DNA of 64,000 nucleotides from Candidatus Eiseniibacteriota bacterium (GTDB lineage Bacteria; Eisenbacteria; RBG-16-71-46): NCBI GenBank assembly GCA_963744995.1, contig CAVUWA010000011.1, positions 288,001 to 352,000 of the forward strand, read 5' to 3'. Shown piece by piece: positions 47,392 to 58,034 of this stretch (position 1 is its first letter; each line of letters starts with the position of its first letter). The notes under the pieces were generated by a model. It saw only the letters and a program-made list of their open reading frames with translations, ran no database searches and was not told where the DNA came from. The position numbers and the translations under genes were made by a program.

Positions 47392-48780
47392 ATGTCCGCG
47401 ACGTTCGCCTACGACGAGGCCAAGGCGCTGCACGAGCGCGGCGAGCTGGAAGCCGCGGCCGCGGCCTACCGGCGCGCCGTCGAGGCGGAGCCGGCGCACT
47501 TCAAGGCCCTTCACAATCTCGGCGTGGTCGAGGAGGCGCTGGGCCACACCACGGAAGCCGAGCGCGCCTACGAGGCGGCCATCGCAGCGCACCCCGGCGG
47601 CGCGCTGTCCCACTACAGCCTCGCGCGCCTGCGCCAGCTCGCGAGCCGTCTGGACGAGGCCGAGACCGGCTACCGGCGCGCGATCGAGCTGGATCCGGAT
47701 CTCGCCGAGGCGCACTTCAACCTGGGACAGCTGTTGCTCGAGCGCGGCGCGGCGGAAGGCGCCGAGACGGTGGTGCGCGAGGCGGTGCGCTCGGGCTACG
47801 CGGCGCCGGACGCGAGCGGGTTGCTCGGCGACGCGCTGTTCGCGCAGCGGCGGCTCGAGGAGGCGCTGGAGGCGTACCGGCGCCGGGCGGAGGAGGCCCC
47901 GGGCGACGCCGGCGCCCAGTTCGACGTCGGCAAGACGCTCGAGTTTCTGAAGCGCAGCGACGAGGCGATCCGCTGCTACCGGAAGAGCCTCGCCCTGGAG
48001 CCCGCGAGCGTCGCCGCCAACGAGGGGCTGGTGCGCGCGCTGGAGGCCGCGGGCCGCCGCGACGAAGCGCTCGCCGCGGTGCGCGAGTGGATCACGCGCG
48101 ACCCCGGGGAGCCCGTCGCGCAACACATGCTCGCATCTCTCGGCGGCGACGAGGCGCCCGCGCGCGCCTCGGACGCGTACGTCGAGAATACGTTCGACCG
48201 CTTCGCGAACGACTTCGACGCCACGCTCGCGCGGCTCGACTACCGCGCGCCGCAGCTGGTGATGGGCGTGACCGCGGTGATGCTCGGCGCGCCCGCCGGG
48301 GATCGGGACGTGCTGGATGCCGGCTGCGGGACCGGCCTCGCCGGGCCGATGATCCGCCCCTGGGCGAAGCGTCTGGAGGGCGTGGACCTCTCGGGCGAGA
48401 TGCTGCTGCGCGCCGGGCGCCGCGGCGGCTACGACGCGCTGCACCACGCCGAGCTGGTCGAGTTCCTGAACCGCGAAGCGGCCGCGTGGGACCTGATCGT
48501 CTCGGCCGATACGCTGTGCTACTTCGGCGCGCTGGAGGAGGCCTTCGCCGCCGCGCACCGGGCCTTGCGGCCCGGCGGCGTGCTGGTGTTCACGGTCGAG
48601 CACCTGCGCCAGGGGGTGCGCTTCAAGCTCAACGCCCACGGCCGCTACGCGCACGAGGAGAAATACGTGCACGAGGCCCTCGCCGCCGCGGGCTTCGAGG
48701 TCACCCCCGGCCGCGGCGTGCTGCGGATGGAGGGCGGGGTGGCGGTGGACGGGCTGGTGATCGGTGGGCGGCGGCGCTGA
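47392..48780 (+). CDS. TPR-repeat SAM-dependent methyltransferase
   Basis: Multiple TPRs, FDRFANDFD...LDYRAP, VLDAGCGTG. Confidence 0.88.
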   Translation: MSATFAYDEAKALHERGELEAAAAAYRRAVEAEPAHFKALHNLGVVEEALGHTTEAERAYEAAIAAHPGGALSHYSLARLRQLASRLDEAETGYRRAIELDPDLAEAHFNLGQLLLERGAAEGAETVVREAVRSGYAAPDASGLLGDALFAQRRLEEALEAYRRRAEEAPGDAGAQFDVGKTLEFLKRSDEAIRCYRKSLALEPASVAANEGLVRALEAAGRRDEALAAVREWITRDPGEPVAQHMLASLGGDEAPARASDAYVENTFDRFANDFDATLARLDYRAPQLVMGVTAVMLGAPAGDRDVLDAGCGTGLAGPMIRPWAKRLEGVDLSGEMLLRAGRRGGYDALHHAELVEFLNREAAAWDLIVSADTLCYFGALEEAFAAAHRALRPGGVLVFTVEHLRQGVRFKLNAHGRYAHEEKYVHEALAAAGFEVTPGRGVLRMEGGVAVDGLVIGGRRR

Positions 48781-48844
48781 TTCCCTCCGGCTCGCCGCGC
48801 CCCCGCTCGAGGGCCGCGCCCGGCCTCGCCTCCCGCGCCCGTCG

Positions 48845-49516
48845 CTAGAACGGCACCCGCGCCCCTTCCTTGGAATTCTGCTTCAGATAGTCCACGAAGA
48901 TCGTGATCGAGTGGCCGGAGCTGGCCTTCTCGAAGATCTCGACCTTGCCGATGTGCGTGCCGAGCGCGGCGATCGGCGCGAACGAGCCGCCGGTCCTGAG
49001 GTTCAGGCCCTCGCCGGGCTTGCCGGTCGAGGACTGACTGCTCGAGAGACCCTTCGACTGGTTCTGCATACCGGGCGCGTTGAACGTGACGAAGTTGATG
49101 CCGGTCTGCAGGCCCACGACCTGCGCGAGTGCGCCGCCCAGCGAGTGTCCGACCAGCAGGAAGTTCTTCTTGCCGAGCTGCTTGGTCCAGTCGACGGTGG
49201 ACTTGAGCGCGTCCTTGGCCTGCGTCGGCACGAAGCCCATCGCGAGCTTCATGTCGGCGACGAGATCGCTCGCCATCGAGGGCTTGGTGCCCTTGTAGGC
49301 GACCACCGCCTCCTTGCCGTCCTTGCTCTGAAACACGCGGCCCTGGAAGCCGCTCGAGGTCAGGCTGCCGCCCGAGAACACGGACGCGTCGTTGACCTGC
49401 ATGGACGAAGGGCAGGTCCAGCCGAGCTTGTCCAGCTCCTTTTGTGAATCGTTGCCGCCTTCGGCCTGGCCGTAGACGGCGTCGGCGATCAGCGCCAGTT
49501 CCAACAGCGTCGCCAT
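48845..49516 (-). CDS. Alpha/beta-hydrolase lipase (class 3/Tle-like), candidate T6SS effector
   Basis: GGAGG RBS; VVAYKGT, GHSLGG, TFNAPG, C-terminal HSI; no signal peptide. Confidence 0.8.
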   Translation of the reverse strand: MATLLELALIADAVYGQAEGGNDSQKELDKLGWTCPSSMQVNDASVFSGGSLTSSGFQGRVFQSKDGKEAVVAYKGTKPSMASDLVADMKLAMGFVPTQAKDALKSTVDWTKQLGKKNFLLVGHSLGGALAQVVGLQTGINFVTFNAPGMQNQSKGLSSSQSSTGKPGEGLNLRTGGSFAPIAALGTHIGKVEIFEKASSGHSITIFVDYLKQNSKEGARVPF

Positions 49517-49732
49517 CGGAGATCCTCCGTGGAGGGTGGTTCGAAGACCCGTGGCGCGCAGGCTATCACATTGCGCGCCACGGGGATTGCGCCCCGGGCC
49601 GGGGCGCCCGGGCGCGGCCGGATCCGCGGGCCGGGCCGCAGATCGATGGTGTATGGTGGACCTTTCGCGGCGGGCATCCCGAACCCGCCGGGCTTCTCCA
49701 TTGATTGATGCGCATGCAGGGAGGATTCGGCC

Positions 49733-50407
49733 ATGGCCTCCATGCCAGCCTATCTGGTTCAGCCGAAGACGGTCGTCATCGATCCAGGTCATGGTGGGGT
49801 CGGAAGGGTCGGGGGGTCGGACGGGAACCATGCGGTGAGTCCGAGCGGCGTGCTGGAGAAGGACATGACGCTGGACTTCGCGTTTCTGGTGGAGAACGAG
49901 CTGCGCCGGTTCGCCGGCAGCCGGATCCACGTCTATCTCACGCGGAGAACCGACATCAACCTCGGGCTCGCGGCACGCGCGCACGTCGCGCGGAGACATC
50001 ATGCGGACGTCTTCCTCAGCATCCACTTCAACGGGTACGACGGGCACGCGCGCGGCGTGGCCACGCACGTCCGCCGCCCGGGCGCCGGCAACGTCAACCT
50101 GGCCGACGACCGCGCGCTGGCCCAGCGCATCCAGACCCGGGTCTTCGACGCCATCCACCGACGCGACCCCATGACCCGCGACCGCGGCGTGCGCGCGCAG
50201 ATCGGGCTCGGCGTGCTCTCGGATCCCGCGCTCGGCAATGCGCCCGGCCACCATCCGTGCCGGTCTTGTCTGCTGGAGATCGAGTTCATCGACGTTCCCG
50301 CGGTGGACCGGCTGCTCAACACCGATGCGAATGCCCCCCGCATGCGGCGCGAGATCGCCGTCGCCATTCGCGACGGCATCCTCGAAGATCTTGCGGCGAA
50401 TCCCTGA
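49733..50407 (+). CDS. N-acetylmuramoyl-L-alanine amidase (Amidase_3)
   Basis: VVIDPGHGG, EK, FLSIHFN, LLEIEFI; no signal peptide. Confidence 0.9.
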   Translation: MASMPAYLVQPKTVVIDPGHGGVGRVGGSDGNHAVSPSGVLEKDMTLDFAFLVENELRRFAGSRIHVYLTRRTDINLGLAARAHVARRHHADVFLSIHFNGYDGHARGVATHVRRPGAGNVNLADDRALAQRIQTRVFDAIHRRDPMTRDRGVRAQIGLGVLSDPALGNAPGHHPCRSCLLEIEFIDVPAVDRLLNTDANAPRMRREIAVAIRDGILEDLAANP

Positions 50408-50408
50408 C

Positions 50409-50786
50409 ATGGGCGAGAGACCCGTCGGTCGGCGCGTCATGCGCATCGCGCTGCTCGTGACGCTGGGGCTGCCGCTCGCGTGCGGCGCGCCGCGCGAGGT
50501 CCATTACACGCCGGCGCTCGCGGTGCCGTCCGCCGTTCACCAGGCGGCGGGGACGCTGAGGGGCGACTTCGACCTCGCCGCCCGGGCCCGCAGCGCTGCC
50601 GAGGCGGTATCCCTCTGGCGGGACTTCATCCGGCGCTACGAGCCGCCCGACGGTGAGTACGAGGACGAGTTCCAGAAGAACCTGCTGGATACGGCCAAGC
50701 TCGAGCTCGCCCGGGCCCACTATCTCCTGGGCGAAGCGGCCGCCGGCGATTCGGTGCTGAAGGCCCTGAACCCGCTGCAGCTCTGA
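50409..50786 (+). CDS. Small lipoprotein, candidate amidase immunity protein
   Basis: Lipobox-like LGLPLAC, starts 1 nt after the amidase stop. Confidence 0.6.
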   Translation: MGERPVGRRVMRIALLVTLGLPLACGAPREVHYTPALAVPSAVHQAAGTLRGDFDLAARARSAAEAVSLWRDFIRRYEPPDGEYEDEFQKNLLDTAKLELARAHYLLGEAAAGDSVLKALNPLQL

Positions 50787-50826
50787 CCCCCGGCCACTCC
50801 CGGGCCCGCGCCCGCGGGCCGCGCGT

Positions 50827-53574
50827 TCAATCGAACTCGTATCCGAACTCGCCGTTCTCGACCTTCACGTGCACGCGGCTCATCGGCTGGCCTTCCATCA
50901 GCCGCTTGAGGAACTCCGCGCTCACCGCGGGGAGCACGGTGTTGGTCAGGATGGCGTCGATCATGCGGCCGCCGCTCTCGAGCTCGGTGCAGCGGCTCAC
51001 GACCAGCTTCACGACCTCATCGGTGTATGTGAACGGCAGCTTGTGGTTCGCCCGCACCCGCTTCTCGATGCGCCGCAGCTGCAGCTTCGCGATCTCGCCG
51101 ATCATGGCGTCGCTCAAGGGATAGTACGGGATCGTCACGATGCGGCCGAGCAGGGCCGCCGGGAACACCTTGAGCAGCGGCTCGCGCAGCGATTTCGCGA
51201 TCGCCTCGGGCTCCGGCATCAGCTCGGGGTCCTTGCAGAGGCTCATGATCAGCTCGCTGCCGGCGTTGGTGGTGAGCAGGATCAGCGTGTTCTTGAAGTC
51301 GATGTAGCGGCCCTCGCCGTCCTCCATCCAGCCCTTGTCGAAGACCTGGAAGAAGATCTCGTGCACGTCGGGGTGCGCCTTTTCGACCTCGTCGAGCAGC
51401 ACGACGCTGTAGGGGCGCCGGCGCACGGCTTCGGTCAGCACGCCGCCTTCGCCGTAGCCGACGTAGCCGGGGGGCGCGCCCTTCAGGGTCGAAACGGTGT
51501 GCGCCTCCTGGAACTCGCTCATGTTGATCGTGATCACGTTCTGCTCGCCGCCGTAGAGCGCTTCGGCGAGCGCCAGCGCGGTCTCGGTCTTGCCGACGCC
51601 CGAGGTCCCGGCCAGCATGAACACGCCGATCGGCTTGCCCGGGTTGTCGAGCTTCGCGCGCGAGGTCTGGATGCGGCGCGCGATCATCTCCATCGCGTGG
51701 TTCTGGCCGATCACGCGCTGGGCGAGCGTGTTCGCGAGGTTCAGGATCGATTCGACCTCGTTCTTGACCATGCGGCCGACCGGCACGCCGGTCCAGTCGC
51801 CGACCACTGATGCCACCGCCTGCTCGCCGACCGTGGGCAGGATCAGCGGATCCTCGCCCTGCATCTCGGCCAGTTTGCGGTCGAGCGCCTTCAGCTCGCC
51901 GAGCAGCTTCTCGCGCTGCTTCGGCGTGAGCTTCGGCACCGGCGCCGCAGACTCGACCTTCGCGGCGTCCGCGGCCGTCTCGGCCTTCGTCTCCTCCTTG
52001 CTGCCCGTGCCTTCGACCTTGCCGGTCACCCCGCGCAGCTGCGCGCGCTTCTCGAGGATTTCGTCCACCAGTGCCTTCTCTTCGTTCCAGCGCTTCTCGA
52101 GGACGGCGAGGCGTTCCTTCTCGGCGGCGAGCTTCTCCTTCGCGTCCGTCTCGCGGGTGCCGATCTCGAAGCCGGCATCGGTTTCGCGGCCGATGATCTC
52201 GAGCTCGGTGTCGAGCGCTTCGATGCGGCGCCGCGAATCCTCGACCTCGGCGGGCACCGCGTGCTGGCTGATCGCGACGCGCGCGCACGCCGTGTCGAGC
52301 AGACTCACCGACTTGTCGGGCAGCTGCCGCGCCGGGATGTAGCGATGCGAGAGCCGTACGGAGGACTCGATCGCCTCGTCCAGCACCTGCACGCGGTGGT
52401 GCTTCTCGAGCGCGGAGGTCGTGGCGCGCATCATGAGGATCGCCTTGTCCTCGGACGGCTCGTCCACCTTCACCACCTGGAAGCGCCGGGTGAGCGCGGG
52501 GTCCTTCTCGATGTACTTCTTGTATTCGGCCCAGGTGGTGGCGGCCACCGTGCGCAGGGTGCCGCGCGCGAGCGCGGGCTTCAGCAGGTTCGCGGCGTCG
52601 CCGGTGCCCGCCGCGCCGCCCGCGCCGATCAGGGTGTGGGCCTCGTCCACGAACAGGATGATCGGCTTCGGCGAGCGCTGCACCTCTTCGATCACCTGAC
52701 GCAGGCGGTTCTCGAACTCGCCCTTCATGCTGGCGCCGGCCTGCAGCAGCCCCACGTCGAGCGTGCGCAGCGTGACGTCCTTCAAGGGCGGCGGTACGTC
52801 GCCGTTGGCGATACGCAGCGCGAAGCCCTCGACCACCGCGGTCTTGCCGACCCCGGCCTCGCCGGTGAGGATCGGGTTGTTCTGGCGGCGCCGCATGAGG
52901 ATGTCCACCACCTGGCGGATCTCCTCGTCGCGGCCGACGATCGGGTCGATCTTGCCCTGCCGGGCCTGCTCGGTGAGGTCGACCGTGAACTGCTTGAGCG
53001 CCTCCTGCTTGCCCATGGCCGCGGGTGCCATGGCGCCGCTCGCCTCGCCGGGCGCGGCGCCGCCCGCCTCGAAGCCGTCGCTCGCGCGCATGCCCTCTTC
53101 GGGCGACCCGCCGACCACCTCGCTCCAGCGCTCGGTGAGCGTGTCGGCGCCCACCTTGTCGAACTCCTTCGAGATCGCGATCAGGGCGTGACGCAGGCCG
53201 CGCGTCTTGAGGATGCCGACCACCAGGTGGCCGGTGCGAACCTGCGACTCGCCGAACAGCAGCGACCCGTACACCCAGCCGCGCTCGACGGCCTCTTCGA
53301 CGTGCGAGGACAGGTCGGTGATCGTCGTCGAGCCGCGCGGCAGGCGATCGAGCGATTCGGTCAGGTCGCGCGCGACGTTCGAGGGGTTGAGGTTGAACTG
53401 CTTGATGATGCGGTGCAGGTCCGAGTCCTGGAGCTGCAGGACCTGGTGGAACCAGTGCACCAGCTCCACGTACGGGTTGCCGCGCATCTTGCAGAACACG
53501 GTGGCGCTCTCGATCGCGCGATAGGCGATCGGGTTGAGTTTCCCGAACAGCGCCTCTCTGCTGATTTCGGACAT
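50827..53574 (-). CDS. tssH: T6SS AAA+ ATPase ClpV
   Basis: [39 protein letters not shown]. Confidence 0.97.
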   Translation of the reverse strand: MSEISREALFGKLNPIAYRAIESATVFCKMRGNPYVELVHWFHQVLQLQDSDLHRIIKQFNLNPSNVARDLTESLDRLPRGSTTITDLSSHVEEAVERGWVYGSLLFGESQVRTGHLVVGILKTRGLRHALIAISKEFDKVGADTLTERWSEVVGGSPEEGMRASDGFEAGGAAPGEASGAMAPAAMGKQEALKQFTVDLTEQARQGKIDPIVGRDEEIRQVVDILMRRRQNNPILTGEAGVGKTAVVEGFALRIANGDVPPPLKDVTLRTLDVGLLQAGASMKGEFENRLRQVIEEVQRSPKPIILFVDEAHTLIGAGGAAGTGDAANLLKPALARGTLRTVAATTWAEYKKYIEKDPALTRRFQVVKVDEPSEDKAILMMRATTSALEKHHRVQVLDEAIESSVRLSHRYIPARQLPDKSVSLLDTACARVAISQHAVPAEVEDSRRRIEALDTELEIIGRETDAGFEIGTRETDAKEKLAAEKERLAVLEKRWNEEKALVDEILEKRAQLRGVTGKVEGTGSKEETKAETAADAAKVESAAPVPKLTPKQREKLLGELKALDRKLAEMQGEDPLILPTVGEQAVASVVGDWTGVPVGRMVKNEVESILNLANTLAQRVIGQNHAMEMIARRIQTSRAKLDNPGKPIGVFMLAGTSGVGKTETALALAEALYGGEQNVITINMSEFQEAHTVSTLKGAPPGYVGYGEGGVLTEAVRRRPYSVVLLDEVEKAHPDVHEIFFQVFDKGWMEDGEGRYIDFKNTLILLTTNAGSELIMSLCKDPELMPEPEAIAKSLREPLLKVFPAALLGRIVTIPYYPLSDAMIGEIAKLQLRRIEKRVRANHKLPFTYTDEVVKLVVSRCTELESGGRMIDAILTNTVLPAVSAEFLKRLMEGQPMSRVHVKVENGEFGYEFD

Positions 53575-53600
53575 CGGTGGCTCCTCGGTGGAACGCGGGC

Positions 53601-54695
53601 TCAGCCCGCGAGGCTCACGGGTTCGAAGACGTAGTCACGGGCGTCGTGCGTCGCCTCGGCCGACAGCAGCCAGGTCGTGCGGCCGAGGCCGCAGCGGGCA
53701 TCGAGCCGGGTTGCGGGCACCTCGACCCGTTCGAGAATCACGTTGAGATCCCACCACAGCTCGTCGCCGGTCCACGCCCGCACGATCGCGCGCACGCGGT
53801 CGAGGCTGCGCTCGCCCGGCAGCAGGCGGCGGAACGTGGCGAGATCCACCGGACCGGCGACGACCCGGAACTTCCCCGCGCAATCCCAGACCTGCTCGCC
53901 GAGCGTCGCGGCGCTGCCGAGCACGGCGTGCTCGCTGCCGAGACGGCTGAGCGAGGCCCGCGGCAGGCGGATCCAGTGACCGACGCACTGTTCGATCTCG
54001 ACCGGGAGTCCGAGGAAGCCCGAAAGGATGCGCGCGAGTCCCTCGGCCGGCCGCGACGGCATCGCGAACAGGCCGGCCCAGTGCAGGCGCGTCTCGTCCG
54101 GTACCGCGTCGCGGCCGCGCAGCGTGTCGAGGCCGAGCCCGCCGAACGCGCCCACGTAGAGCGCGAAACGGTCCTCGCCGGGCCGGTCGGCGTGAGTGAC
54201 CGGCTGCGCGTCGGCCCACGCGCGATAGAACATCTGCACGTAGCGGTGGTGGAAGACGTCGGCGAAACGGCGCAGCGTGGGGTCGTGGTGGTTGCGTTCG
54301 CGTTCGCGCGCGTATTCGGTGAGGTGCAGCGGCAAAGGTCCATTGGGACCGAACACGCCGAGGAAGAAGGTGTCGAGCTGCGGCCGCCCGGTGCGCCGCG
54401 TGAACGAAGCGACCGCAGCCGGCGCGAAGGCGAGCGACGGCTCCTGGCCGAAGCGGACCACTTCGTCCTTGAGGCGCGCCGAGCGCGCGAAGCGGGGATG
54501 GTCGGGCATCGTGGCCTCGAGCCAGCGCAGCGCGATGTAGGGATGGAAGCGCCACGGCTCGGCCTCGAGCCGCGCCATGAAGGCCTCGAGCTCGGGGCCG
54601 AAGGCGGCCGCCGGGGTGCTGCCCGGTGCCGTGCCGCCGCGCGTGCCGTCTGCCGGCGTCAGATCAGCGTCCGGTTCCCGACTCTCGCCGGCCAA
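53601..54695 (-). CDS. tssG: T6SS baseplate TssG
   Basis: RFGQEPSLAFAP, GPNGPLPLHLTEY, LGRTTWL; TTG start inferred. Confidence 0.92.
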   Translation of the reverse strand: MAGESREPDADLTPADGTRGGTAPGSTPAAAFGPELEAFMARLEAEPWRFHPYIALRWLEATMPDHPRFARSARLKDEVVRFGQEPSLAFAPAAVASFTRRTGRPQLDTFFLGVFGPNGPLPLHLTEYARERERNHHDPTLRRFADVFHHRYVQMFYRAWADAQPVTHADRPGEDRFALYVGAFGGLGLDTLRGRDAVPDETRLHWAGLFAMPSRPAEGLARILSGFLGLPVEIEQCVGHWIRLPRASLSRLGSEHAVLGSAATLGEQVWDCAGKFRVVAGPVDLATFRRLLPGERSLDRVRAIVRAWTGDELWWDLNVILERVEVPATRLDARCGLGRTTWLLSAEATHDARDYVFEPVSLAG

Positions 54696-56548
54696 CGGGC
54701 GATCTCCCCGCGGTCCACGGTGCGTGCGACCGTCTCGGTGAATGAGTTGAGCGACACGTAGCGCGCGAAGAACCGCTCGAGCACCGACCCGAGCAGGAAG
54801 ACGCCGGCGCCCTGGAACGCGGCCTCGTCGAACGTGAGACCGATTTCGACGCCGCGCAGCCAGCTGCTGGCGCCTTCCTGCGACACGCGGCGCAGCACCG
54901 GGTGGCTGGCGATCGCGCGCACCCCTTCGATCTGTTTGCGCACCGCGGGCTCGGCGATGTCGCCATAGAGGCCGAGCAGCTCGCGGATCGCGGCGGCGCC
55001 CTGGCGCTCGTCGGTGTCCGACAGCGACAGGTAGTTGAGCGACAGGTGTCCGATCAGCCGCCACGCCGTCTCGCCCTCGGCCATCGGCGGCCGCGGCCGC
55101 GTCGGTCCGGAGATGATGCGCGTGCTGCGCACCGGGGCGCCGGAGACCAGCGTGAAGTCGGTCTTGCCGCTGCCCGGCGAGAGCAGCAGCGGCAGGTCGC
55201 GGTTGGTGCACAGGATCTCCGGCGCGAGCTGTTTGAGGTCCGAACGGTAGGGCGCCTCGCGCGCGTCCACGATCGCGAGGAACACCTCGGTGCCGAGATA
55301 TCCCGAGCGCGGCCCCTGCGTGGCCTGGCGATCCGACATGAGCCGCGGCGCGCGGCGCAGCGTGAAGTACGCCGCCCCGGCGTCCACCGGATGGTCGCGC
55401 ACCGCGTAGAACGGATGGAATGCGCGCGCCCGCGCGCCGCCCTCGCTGAAGCCCGAGACTTCGGTCACGTCGTAGACCTCGAAGTCCATCGGCCGTGTGC
55501 GGTCGGCCAGCACCTGGTATTCGTAGTCGCGCTCGTTCAGGTGGATGCGGTCGGCACGGCGCGGGAACAGATTGATCGCGGGCGTCGCGAACAGCGTGAA
55601 GTGCGACTCGTCCATGCTCTCGTCGAGCATCGGATCGGCCCGATCGAGCAGCACGATCAGGTCCAGCTCGGGACCCTGGGTGCGGCGCACCGCGCCCGCG
55701 AGCTGCGTGAATTCCGCGAACAGGAAGCGCTGCGGGAACGCGAAGTACTCGTTGATCAACCGGTAGCCCGAGAAGCGCCGGTGCGAGGGCGGCAGCAGCG
55801 CCTCGTCGTCTTCGTAGCCCAGGGCGGTGAGGCTCGACGCCGGCAGCACGTGATGCCATTGCGCGGGCGATGCCGCCGGGCGCGCGATCACCTTCACCGC
55901 GTTGGCGACCAGCTGTTCCATGATCCGCACCGGGACGCCTTCGCCGCCGGCAAAGTGCAGCGCGAGCGTATCGAGGCCGAGCTGATCGAAGCGCGAGCCC
56001 GCGGTGGTGCGCAGGCGGATGCGGATGCCGGCCTTCACCTTTCCGGAGCGGATCTCGGGCAGCGCCGGAAGATCGGCGCCGGCGACCGAGCCCGAGAAGC
56101 GCAGGTACTCGACCTCACCGATCTCGATCGGCCACAGCGTCACCGGGTGCGCCGTGCGGTATTCGCACGGCGTCTGTTCGCCCTTGCCGAGGACGCTGCG
56201 CAACGCGCTGCCGCGCGGGATCTCGACGCCGTCGGCGAGGGAGCCCTCCGCGGGCTCCGGCTCGAAGCGGACGATCGCCATGGACGGCACCGGCGCGAGA
56301 TAGCCCGGATAGACGGTCTCCAGCAGGTGCTGGGTGAAGCGCGGGAACTCGGCGTCGATCTTCATCTGCACGCGCGCGGCGAGGAAGCTGAAACTCTCGA
56401 CCAGGCGTTCGACGTACGGGTCCGCGACCTCGAGCCCTTCCATGCCGAGGCGCGCGGCGATCTTCGGATATTCCTTCGCGAATTCGGCGCCGACCTCGCG
56501 CAGGTACTGGAGCTCGCGGTTGTAGTAGTGGAGCAGGCGTCGGTCCAT
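54659..56548 (-). CDS. tssF: T6SS baseplate TssF
   Basis: YYNRELQYLRE, DPYVERLVESF, FFARYVSLNSFT. Confidence 0.97.
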   Translation of the reverse strand: MDRRLLHYYNRELQYLREVGAEFAKEYPKIAARLGMEGLEVADPYVERLVESFSFLAARVQMKIDAEFPRFTQHLLETVYPGYLAPVPSMAIVRFEPEPAEGSLADGVEIPRGSALRSVLGKGEQTPCEYRTAHPVTLWPIEIGEVEYLRFSGSVAGADLPALPEIRSGKVKAGIRIRLRTTAGSRFDQLGLDTLALHFAGGEGVPVRIMEQLVANAVKVIARPAASPAQWHHVLPASSLTALGYEDDEALLPPSHRRFSGYRLINEYFAFPQRFLFAEFTQLAGAVRRTQGPELDLIVLLDRADPMLDESMDESHFTLFATPAINLFPRRADRIHLNERDYEYQVLADRTRPMDFEVYDVTEVSGFSEGGARARAFHPFYAVRDHPVDAGAAYFTLRRAPRLMSDRQATQGPRSGYLGTEVFLAIVDAREAPYRSDLKQLAPEILCTNRDLPLLLSPGSGKTDFTLVSGAPVRSTRIISGPTRPRPPMAEGETAWRLIGHLSLNYLSLSDTDERQGAAAIRELLGLYGDIAEPAVRKQIEGVRAIASHPVLRRVSQEGASSWLRGVEIGLTFDEAAFQGAGVFLLGSVLERFFARYVSLNSFTETVARTVDRGEIARWPARVGNRTLI

Positions 56549-56559
56549 GCGTCAGCGCC

Positions 56560-57075
56560 TCACGCCCGACCGGGGTCGGTGTGCTCGGTGACCGTCATGC
56601 TGCCGTCCTCGAGGTCGATTTCGGACTTGAGGTAGAGCCGCGTGGGCAACGGCTGACCCCACAGATCGCCCTCGATCTCGAATGCCAGCGAGTTGCGGTG
56701 CTGTGGATCGTCGGGCATCACCGCAATGACGCGGATGGTCTTCTTCGCGATGCGCGGCTCGAAGCGCACGATCGCGTCGCGGATCGCGCGTTCGAGCTCG
56801 TGTGGATCGATCCCCGACAGCGTGACACCGGCGAGGTCGCGGATCCCGTAGTCGATCACCGATTCGCGCACCAGCGGGAACTCGGAGAGGTCTTCGGTCT
56901 GGCTGAGCGGCGTGGTGTTGAGCAGCCAGGCCAGATCGCGCAGCACGAACTCGCGCAGACGGCGCATGGACACGACGCGCTGATCGCGGGACTCGACCTT
57001 CGACTGCGGCTGGTCGTCGGTGAGGCGGTCGAGCAGCGCGGGCTGCAACCGGTCCTTCGCGACGGGTTCGCTCAT
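56560..57075 (-). CDS. tssE: T6SS baseplate TssE (gp25-like)
   Basis: LQPALLDRLTD, RDLAWLLNT, RFEPRI. Confidence 0.94.
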   Translation of the reverse strand: MSEPVAKDRLQPALLDRLTDDQPQSKVESRDQRVVSMRRLREFVLRDLAWLLNTTPLSQTEDLSEFPLVRESVIDYGIRDLAGVTLSGIDPHELERAIRDAIVRFEPRIAKKTIRVIAVMPDDPQHRNSLAFEIEGDLWGQPLPTRLYLKSEIDLEDGSMTVTEHTDPGRA

Positions 57076-57082
57076 GCGCGTG

Positions 57083-57925
57083 TCATTCCGCCGCCGGGGC
57101 GGCGTCGATCTCGATGCGGCCGACCTCGAGCAGCGCGAACTCGCCCGTATCGGTCGAGAGCATGCGCTGGCCGAGACCGAAGAACGTATCGGCGGCGATC
57201 TCCTGCCATTCGGTGCGACCGGCGAGCCGGAGCGCGTCGTCCTCGCACGTTTCGGTGCCGGGGTAGCGCGTCGGGATCAGGCCCACCCCCTCGCCGCCGT
57301 TCGCCCATTCGATGTGCACCGGCGTCCACACCATGTCGCGCAGGTCGGCGGGCGGCTCGATGTCGATCCGCTTGAGCCGCTGCACCGGCACCCACATGTA
57401 GCGGCCGAGCACGATCATCTCGAGCACCGGACCGAGCCGCGAGTCGGCGTCGGCGATCCACTCGAACGGCTCGCCCGCGGGCGGGGCGTCGCCCGCGCCC
57501 GTGGCCCCCGCGCGAATCACGCGGCCAGCGCTCGCCGGCGCGGCCTCGAACGCCTCCGCCCGCAACGACTGGGCGCGATCGTGCGCCCCTTCGCCCGAGC
57601 GTTTGAGCGCCTCCAGCAGAAGTGCGATCCATGGCTCGGGATCGCCGAACACGACCGGCGACCGTTCGCCCGCGAACACGGCGCGGCGCAGGGCTTCGCA
57701 CTTCAGCGCCTCGCGGTACATGTGCACCATGTCGAGGCGCCCGGGGTCGAGTTCGCCCGCGACGCCGAGCTGCGCGATCGCGCGATCCCACTGACCGAGC
57801 ACCGCGAGGAGCTGGAACAGGAACGTGCGGAGCGCGGCGTCGCCGGGCGACTTGCGCACCTGCTGCTGCAGCTCGGCCAGCGTCTCCGCCAGCGGGCGGC
57901 CCTTGAGGTCCAGCGCAGAGTTCAT
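57083..57925 (-). CDS. tagJ: T6SS accessory TagJ/ImpE
   Basis: LFQLLAVLGQWDRA, WIADADSRLGPVLE, PTRYPG, GLGQR. Confidence 0.92.
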   Translation of the reverse strand: MNSALDLKGRPLAETLAELQQQVRKSPGDAALRTFLFQLLAVLGQWDRAIAQLGVAGELDPGRLDMVHMYREALKCEALRRAVFAGERSPVVFGDPEPWIALLLEALKRSGEGAHDRAQSLRAEAFEAAPASAGRVIRAGATGAGDAPPAGEPFEWIADADSRLGPVLEMIVLGRYMWVPVQRLKRIDIEPPADLRDMVWTPVHIEWANGGEGVGLIPTRYPGTETCEDDALRLAGRTEWQEIAADTFFGLGQRMLSTDTGEFALLEVGRIEIDAAPAAE

Positions 57926-57990
57926 GACATCCCCGCGGAAGAGAGCGTGCGCCCGCCGCGGCGGCCGGGCAGGCGCGAATGCGGGGCGTG

Positions 57991-58020
57991 CCGGCGGGTG
58001 GCACAGCGCCCACCCGCCGG
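57991..58020 (-). terminator. GC hairpin downstream of hcp
   Basis: CCGGCGGGTGG-N8-CCACCCGCCGG; no U-tract. Confidence 0.5.
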
Positions 58021-58034
58021 ACACCCGGAGAGGA

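Noticed and set aside
49517..50446. N-terminal extension of the lipase (533-aa ORF)
   Set aside because: Antisense to the amidase; GGAGG RBS supports a start at 49516
54696..55859. Long N-terminal extension of TssG
   Set aside because: Out-of-frame overlap with tssF; TssG-like sequence begins near 54695
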